Positions 63,921 to 64,000 of a stretch of 64,000 bases of DNA are shown here, in pieces. The stretch is from assembly GCA_963769025.1 (NCBI GenBank), contig CAVYKI010000010.1, forward strand, positions 352,001 to 416,000. Direction: 5' to 3'. Made by a program: the position numbers and the translations under genes. Source of the stretch: an uncultured Verrucomicrobiae bacterium. GTDB taxonomy: Bacteria > Verrucomicrobiota > Verrucomicrobiia > Chthoniobacterales > Chthoniobacteraceae. The stretch's first letter is position 1. Each line of letters opens with the position of its first letter. Below the pieces are notes generated by a model, which saw nothing but the letters and a program-made list of their open reading frames with translations, ran no database searches and had not been told where the DNA came from.

Positions 63921-64000
63921 ATCACGCCCGCGAAAACGGATCGCGATCGGGCGCGCGGGCTGACATGGTCACCGCGATGCCGCGCGCTCCGAAGAAAACC

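Overview
GC-rich bacterial chromosomal window, most likely Verrucomicrobiota (inferred from a PEP-CTERM protein, Tat-exported Gfo/Idh/MocA and DUF3500-like proteins, an extended ACP and A/C-rich translation starts without Shine-Dalgarno sites). Many conserved genes (nrdJ, sdhA, glmS, trpE, trpG, hisI, pilB) are broken by single-base frameshifts, which most likely reflect long-read consensus errors. Housekeeping content includes class II ribonucleotide reductase with tandem NrdR-like boxes, rpe, tRNA-Gln, rpmH-rnpA-yidD-yidC-jag, sdhCAB, pilB, hisI-trpE-trpG, cls, mobA, a two-component pair, bamD-like-lptE-rsmI, rplU-rpmA, bioD and glmS. Two regions stand out. (1) An ~11 kb dedicated type II fatty-acid/polyketide-like cluster (4007-15076) has two ketosynthases, a double-hotdog dehydratase, an extended ACP, KR, a FabL-like ER, an antisense desaturase, a condensation-like acyltransferase, a GHSQG lipoprotein, a membrane methyltransferase and an AcpS-lipid acyltransferase fusion. 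(2) An accessory island between sdhC and pilB (about 39.7-44.7 kb) holds an XRE regulator, an uncharacterised helical protein with an LTWD-repeat leader, a polarised array of 11 exact-period 22-bp units with alternating conserved and variable blocks, a collagen/fibre-like gene and a lower-GC PEP-CTERM gene, punctuated by REP-like palindromes. The gene-plus-22-bp-array module is my best candidate for an undescribed system; its function cannot be established from sequence alone.
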